DNA from: Eledone cirrhosa | Lineage: Eukaryota | Assembly: GCA_964016885.1 (NCBI GenBank) | Contig: OZ024753.1 | Coordinates: forward strand, 4,526,001 to 4,590,000 | Reading direction: 5' to 3' | Length of the DNA: 64,000 bases | Part shown: positions 57,224 to 64,000 of the stretch, in pieces | Numbering within the stretch: position 1 is the first letter of the stretch | Layout of the letters: every line of letters begins with the position of its first letter | Program-made: the position numbers and the translations under genes | The notes under the pieces: model-generated | Database searches by the model: none | Told to the model about the DNA's origin: nothing | The model's input: only the letters and a program-made list of their open reading frames with translations

Positions 57224-57416
57224 TTAATATAGATGCGATTGTACAGGACTAGAACTGTTTCATTGTTTAGAAATCATCAGGAATCTCCTGATGATTTCTA
57301 AAGAATGAAACAGTTCTAGTCCAGTAGAATCTCATCTATATTAAAACCTTTATACTCTGCTATGTATTGAATACCTTACTTACTGTGGTTACCGCCGATT
57401 CAACCCGGAATAACGT
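57221..57416 (+). mobile_element. Family H fold-back insert with HHR motifs
   Basis: Arms 57221-57281/57287-57347, tail 57348-57416; homolog at 61068-61271. Confidence 0.85.
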
Positions 57417-57434
57417 ATATATATAGAGAGAGAG

Positions 57435-57507
<73 letters not shown>

Positions 57508-57511
<4 letters not shown>

Positions 57512-58201
57512 GAAGGAAATGTGGTAAGGAACCAGGTGGACCATAACGCACCAAAGTACTCAATACTTAGGGTAGTAGAGTGTGTAATAGGAACGAGTAG
57601 GACCCCGACGGCTGATCTTAAGCCGTTTCGACGGCTAATTCTGGACTAAATGAACATTTTTATCCTGGTATATGAATAGCGGAGCTTCTCAGGGGCTAAT
57701 TCAATATATGGTAAAAGTGATTGTCACAAGGATTGGTCAAAAGTCTGTTGTTGAGACACATAATTCTATCATGGCAATTTGTGGAAGGAAGGGGTAGCTG
57801 AACCTGCCAGTAGAAGAAAGAGGGAGAGGGGGTGGAGGAAACCCAGTCGTGCGTTGATAGTGCCAACTACAGCAGGGCAGGAGGTCAAGGAAGTATACTA
57901 GGGAGGAGGAGGGGGAAGAAGTCGAAACAAAAAGTAAAACAATATGGGGTAAAAATATAAGTATCTCCCTCTTTCTTCTACTGGCAGGTTCAGCTACCCC
58001 TTCCTTCCACAAATTGCCATGATAGAATTATGTGTCTCAACAACAGACTTTTGACGAATCCTTGTGACAATCACTTTTACCATATATGGAATTACCCTCT
58101 GAGAAGCTCGGCTATTCATATACCAGGATAAAAATTTTCATTTAGTCCAGAATTAGCCGTCGAAACGGCTTGAGCTCAACCGTGGGGGTCCTACTCGTTC
58201 C
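57508..58201 (-). mobile_element. Family C fold-back insert, longest copy
   Basis: Tail 57508-57587; arms 57588-57827/57964-58203; microsatellites on both sides. Confidence 0.87.
57603..57696 (-). ncRNA. Type I HHR-like motif with CTGAGAA core, family C
   Basis: ccc-CTGAGAA-g..gcta..tagccgtc-GAAA-cggc/loop/gccg-TC-gggg; the right-arm copy (58094-58189) has GTG at the cleavage site. Confidence 0.55.
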
Positions 58202-58339
58202 TATATATATATATATATATAAATGTATCATTTTTTTCTGTGTGTATGAGTGTGTGCATGTGCATATTCACGTAATGCTAAGTACTCGCCGCAGGCATTG
58301 TTACTTCTATTTGTTGAAACTCAAAGACAATAGTTAGCT

Positions 58340-58700
58340 TCCTATATCTACGAGGCTAGATCCCCAAGCGCGACCAGCCAAGCTCATGGTTGTTATCCAA
58401 CCATCTTGCTCGGAGACTAAACAGAGGTCTTCTACAGGTTGGTTTTGTGATTCTTTCCTGAGACATTCTAACCACTTGTCATGGTATTGAAGCTGTGATC
58501 TCTCAATTTGGAGACGTAGCAGTTCTACGTGGAATCACTCTCTGTTCCACGAGCTACGCACTCTATCGGAGGAGTCCCATTTCGGATGCTTGTTTTTGCG
58601 ATCGTATTCTTTCAGTCATTACCAAAGATTCATGACCATATTTAATGGTTGCCACGAATACTGAATTAAAGATAGCGAGTTTGGCCTTTACGCATTTCTC
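58340..58700 (-). pseudogene. Decayed RTE-clade LINE fragment
   Basis: Minus-strand YGHESLVMTERIRSQKQASEMG; same family as 28040-29000. Confidence 0.8.
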
Positions 58701-59402
58701 CCTTCTTCTGATTGCTAGGGTGCATATTTCCACATGCTAAATATGTATAAATCGGTTGAGAATTTTGCAATTGTATGTATACATACGGTAGAATCTCACA
58801 TATCAGATATATTGAACTAAATAAAAACATTAAACCTTAATTATCTAAGATTATCCTTTGAATTCGAAATCAAACATAATATTTGTGGGGCGATGAAATC
58901 AAATGCAAATAAGCAAAGGAGATAAATAATCCAACCACAGCCATTTATGATTATATTTTCGCGACACAAGGAAATTGCAGTATGAACTGATAATATATTT
59001 TTAAAATTGCAGCTGCTGAAATCTACAATCTTGTCACTAAACCTACTAGAGATATCGGCCTAAATTCTCAGCAAATCACATTACATTATCTTACTAAAAG
59101 GATGATGCATTCGATAATGTAGAAATGACGCCTTTGATTTTAGCTCTGTTTGAGTCAGATTTGGTGTCTTTTTGAGTATCAATGACAACATTTTAATGAA
59201 ACTAATCGAAGGCATTTTATTTCTTCTTTATTAATCGTTAAGCCAATAACGTGGACGAAACTTCGAAAGAAACAGTGACCGAAAATGATAATTGTTATAT
59301 TGATTCTATCTATACACTATATATGAGATATTTATTAAGAGAATCTATAATGTGTTTACTATGCATATCCACAAAATGCATGCATATGTATATATATATA
59401 TA

Positions 59403-60079
59403 TTGTTATACATGGGGAGGGTCATATTTGTGTAATAATATTGCCAGAATTAATAACAGAACACACTCACTGTTTGGTTGGTTTTTCGCTTCTGTGTCTT
59501 TTATATCGGTTAATTTAATTTATTCGGTCCTCAATGTTGCCATTGACTGACCAACGGTAAAAAATACAGATACAATATAGACACAAACACATATATGTAG
59601 TCTATCAAAGTTCTTTCGTTGCACATCTGCAACATCGTCAGTGTTGCTATTATGTTTCTTCCCGTTGCATTGTATGCTTACACCATCTTTATTTAGTGTG
59701 TTTATTTATTTATTTATTTGTTTATTTGTTTGTCTTCTCTGCGCATGCGTTTACGTGTGTGTATAGTGTTTTGTTTGATGTGTGTTCTTGTTTGGGTGAC
59801 TGTGTATTGGTTAATGTATTCTATCTTAGTTTATTAGTGTGTGTTTATGTGTGTCTGTTGTTATTGTGGTTGTGTATGTATTTATTTATTTATTTATTTA
59901 TACTTCTCTTGGGTCAGTGTTGTTTGTGTGGGTGTTGTTATTCCATTCATATTTTCTCTTCTTTGTAATAATATTGCCAGAATTAATAACAGAACATACT
60001 CACTGTTTGGTTGGTTTATATATATGTGTGTGTGTGCCTGTGTTTATTGCCAGTATGACCCTTCTAAATATATAACAAT
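59403..60079 (-). mobile_element. Family B insert, second copy
   Basis: Homologous to 17628-17896; partial direct repeat at about 59964-60017; short inverted terminus at about 60053-60079; HHR at 59603-59646 (CTGACGA-t-gttgca/tgcaac-GAAA). Confidence 0.78.
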
Positions 60080-60326
60080 ATGACAATATAAATATATATA
60101 TATGTGTGTGTGTGTATGTGTGTGTGTGTATATGTGTGTGTGTGTGAGTGTATGTATATATGTATGTATATATTTGCAATCACAGTTTGGTAGAATATTA
60201 TGTTGCGTGGGTTTAAGAAATTGATAGGTTTATAGCAGATTTTAAAAGTACGAGTTTTACTATATTTAAACAGAGGTAGGCTTAATACTTGGAAGTTCTG
60301 TCCTTGTCGCTATTGAAAATATGACA

Positions 60327-60499
60327 TTGGTAGAGGCTCGGATGCCATGCTTTGACGCATAGAGTTACCGCCCTGCCATTCTGAGTTCAAATCCCGCCGA
60401 GGTTAACTTTGCCTTTCATCCTTACGGGATCGATAAAATAAAGTACCAGTAATGCACTGGATAATTGCTGGCCTTGTGCCAAAAAGTAGAAACAATTAT
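60327..60499 (+). mobile_element. Meta/MESC-core tRNA SINE
   Basis: Matches family. Confidence 0.92.
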
Positions 60500-60781
60500 A
60501 TTATTTAAACAACTCGATTAATAATAGTTTAATGAATTCTTGGTTTTATAGGCTAAAACTGCGAAAATGTTTATTTCTAAATCCTGTCGATGTCAATGTT
60601 GCTTTTCATCTTTTGTAGTCGATAAAATATTTTAACTGTCAAATATCGATATCGATATAATTGACTACATCAATGAAGACGCTGCCCAAAATATACCCAC
60701 TTTCCAGTATATGAAGCCAATCAAATATTGAACCAAAATATGAAATGTATATTTACCAACTGTCCTCTCAAGTACCTAATG

Positions 60782-60915
60782 TCTTCTACTTTCGGTACAA
60801 TATTGAAGGAAGAGGAAAGTTGATTAAGTCCTCCAACTGTTTCACTGGGACTTTATTTCATTGACCCTGTAAGGGGGAAAGGCAAAGCTAACCTCGGCAG
60901 GATGTGAATTCGGAA
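60782..60915 (-). mobile_element. Old diverged Meta/MESC-core SINE
   Basis: ttgaccctgtaagggggaaaggcaaagctaacctcggcaggatgtgaattc. Confidence 0.7.
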
Positions 60916-60980
60916 CATAAACACATATAATGCAATGCTGTAAATGAATGTTTCCATTTACTTCCACCATATCCATATCT

Positions 60981-61067
<87 letters not shown>

Positions 61068-61069
<2 letters not shown>

Positions 61070-61268
61070 TACGTTATTCCGGGTTGAATCGGAGGTAACC
61101 ACAGTGAGTAAGGTACTCAATACATTGCAGAGTATAAAAGTTTTAATATAGATGAGATTCTACAGGACTAGAACTGTTTCATTCTTTAAAAATCATCAGG
61201 AATCCTGATTCCTGATGATTTCTAGAGAATGAAACAGTTCTAGTCCTGTAGAATCTCATCTATATTAA

Positions 61269-61271
<3 letters not shown>
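61068..61271 (-). mobile_element. Family H fold-back insert, second copy
   Basis: Tail 61068-61139; arms 61140-61204/61207-61271; TA on both sides. Confidence 0.87.
61207..61255 (+). ncRNA. Type I HHR motif, family H (mirror copy at 61156-61204, minus)
   Basis: gattc-CTGATGA-t-ttc/taga/gaa-t-GAAA-cag/ttctagtc/ctg-TA-gaatc. Confidence 0.8.
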
Positions 61272-62081
<810 letters not shown>

Positions 62082-62982
62082 GAGGAAGCGAATGGAAACA
62101 ATGATTGACAGCATTGAATTATATGTCTTTATGTTCTGGGTTCATATCCTGCCGGGGTTAGCCTTGCCTTATACATATATATATTATATATATATACATG
62201 TGTGTGTGTGTGTAATTGGGCGTGTGTCTGAGTGAGGAAAGTGCAATTTATTTTAATAAGTTAGATAAGCAACATACAAAATCTGCTTTATTAGAAAACC
62301 GCGGCTTCATGGCTCATCATACGCGTATCAAATCGTGATAGCGAGATATATGGAAGAACAAGCAGATAAAACAAGATCAAATAACGGCTATAAGAGGCAG
62401 GTAAAGACTGAAAGAACTAGATTTAATTGATATTCGAAGATATTGCATTACACAATTAGAATTGAAATTAATTTGCTTTTCATACAACACTGTGTAATGT
62501 TTAAAAAGATTAAACATCTAAATATAATGTTTTACATTGTAAACAGGACTGAGCTGTGTTAAAACTATTAACTGTAAAGAATGATTTGTTAAATGGATTC
62601 CAAACCTGCCATTGTATTATAAGATATACATGTATTCTGGTAGATGGCCGCGTAGGAGAAAATGTTGATAGACAGAGGCGTGAATTTTTATATCTTATAT
62701 CCATCTATGATTTGATCTCATATAAATACTAGTACTCATATAGAAAATAAAAGTGTAAATTACTTGTAACATTGAAATATTTTTGCAGTAGAGTTATAAA
62801 AATAGATGCATTTTTCTATTGTTTCGTCTTTAGTAATGTTCTATTGATGACATTTATACTTTGAGGCCAAATGTAAAGCTTGTGGAACAAGATTACTATA
62901 GAATGATTATTTCAGAAATATTGAATAACAAAACACATTTTGTCTTGCACCTTGGAGATTAATTCAATTATATATATATATA

Positions 62983-63298
62983 GATAGATTTTGAGTTTAC
63001 GTTGGTTGTATACCAACACCTCAGTATGCAGACTGGAGCACTCGACGAGTGCGCAGGTTGGTTTGGTTACTCCGGAGTAATGTAAAATAAAGTTAAATAA
63101 AAAGTCAAATGTTTAAAATTTAGCTTTGTTTATTACTGCTATATATATTTCAGTGACAGCCATCTTTGGCTGTGACCTCTTCAGGCAGTCCGAATTAGTG
63201 TAGTATAGACAAGTACATATGTACTTGAGGTGTATAATTTTGTCAATACTCTGATATGTTCAGTTCCTGGTTGGGTTGTTTGCTATATAGCAAACATT
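62983..63298 (-). mobile_element. Family I TA-flanked HHR-bearing insert
   Basis: HHR at 63135-63189 followed on the minus strand by aataaa and three hairpins before the TA tract. Confidence 0.72.
63135..63189 (-). ncRNA. Type I hammerhead ribozyme motif, family I
   Basis: actgc-CTGAAGA-ggt.c.acagcc/aaagat/ggctgt.c.act-GAAA-tatata-TA-gcagt. Confidence 0.87.
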
Positions 63299-63312
63299 TA
63301 TATAATATAATA

Positions 63313-63500
63313 ATTGTTTCTACTTTAGGCACAAGGCCACCAATTACCCAGTGCATTACTGGTACTTTATTTTGTCGACCCCGTAAGAATGAAAGGCAAA
63401 GTCAACCTCGGCGGGATTTGAACTCAGATCGTAAAGGGATGTAACTATGCTGGAAAGCATGGCGTCCGACCCTCTATCGATACTGCCAATCCACCGCCCT
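63313..63500 (-). mobile_element. Full-length Meta/MESC-core tRNA SINE
   Basis: Matches family from head to tail. Confidence 0.93.
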
Positions 63501-63875
<375 letters not shown>

Positions 63876-64000
63876 AAATAGTGCGGATATGTATCTCTCT
63901 TAAATTATATTCTCTGGGAATATAAGTTAAGAAAATTGTTAATCTGTATTCAGTGCGACGTTGTACAACTCATAGTTGGGAATATTAATTAATACTATCA

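Overview
AT-rich, microsatellite-laden animal genomic DNA. The SINE types suggest a mollusc, probably a cephalopod (inference). No intact protein-coding gene is supportable: the ORF track is mostly (TA)n/(GA)n/(CA)n translation, plus a few decayed retrotransposon fragments. The window holds about 14 copies of a tRNA-derived Meta/MESC-core SINE, decayed RTE, Tx1/L1 and R4/Dong-like LINE pieces, two non-autonomous Helitrons and a Tc1/mariner-type MITE. The most striking content is about 14 short inserts lying inside (TA)n tracts, from about 10 sequence-unrelated families. Nearly all carry a type I hammerhead ribozyme (HHR) motif, whole or partial, usually with a palindromic stem III. Many form fold-back inverted repeats with a one-sided tail. 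One contains the C-terminal remnant of a Penelope-type GIY-YIG endonuclease. I interpret these as TA-targeting, ribozyme-bearing Penelope-like (PLE) terminal-repeat inserts, several with atypical ribozyme cores or helix II expansions. All folds and alignments were read by eye; coordinates are approximate to a few bases.
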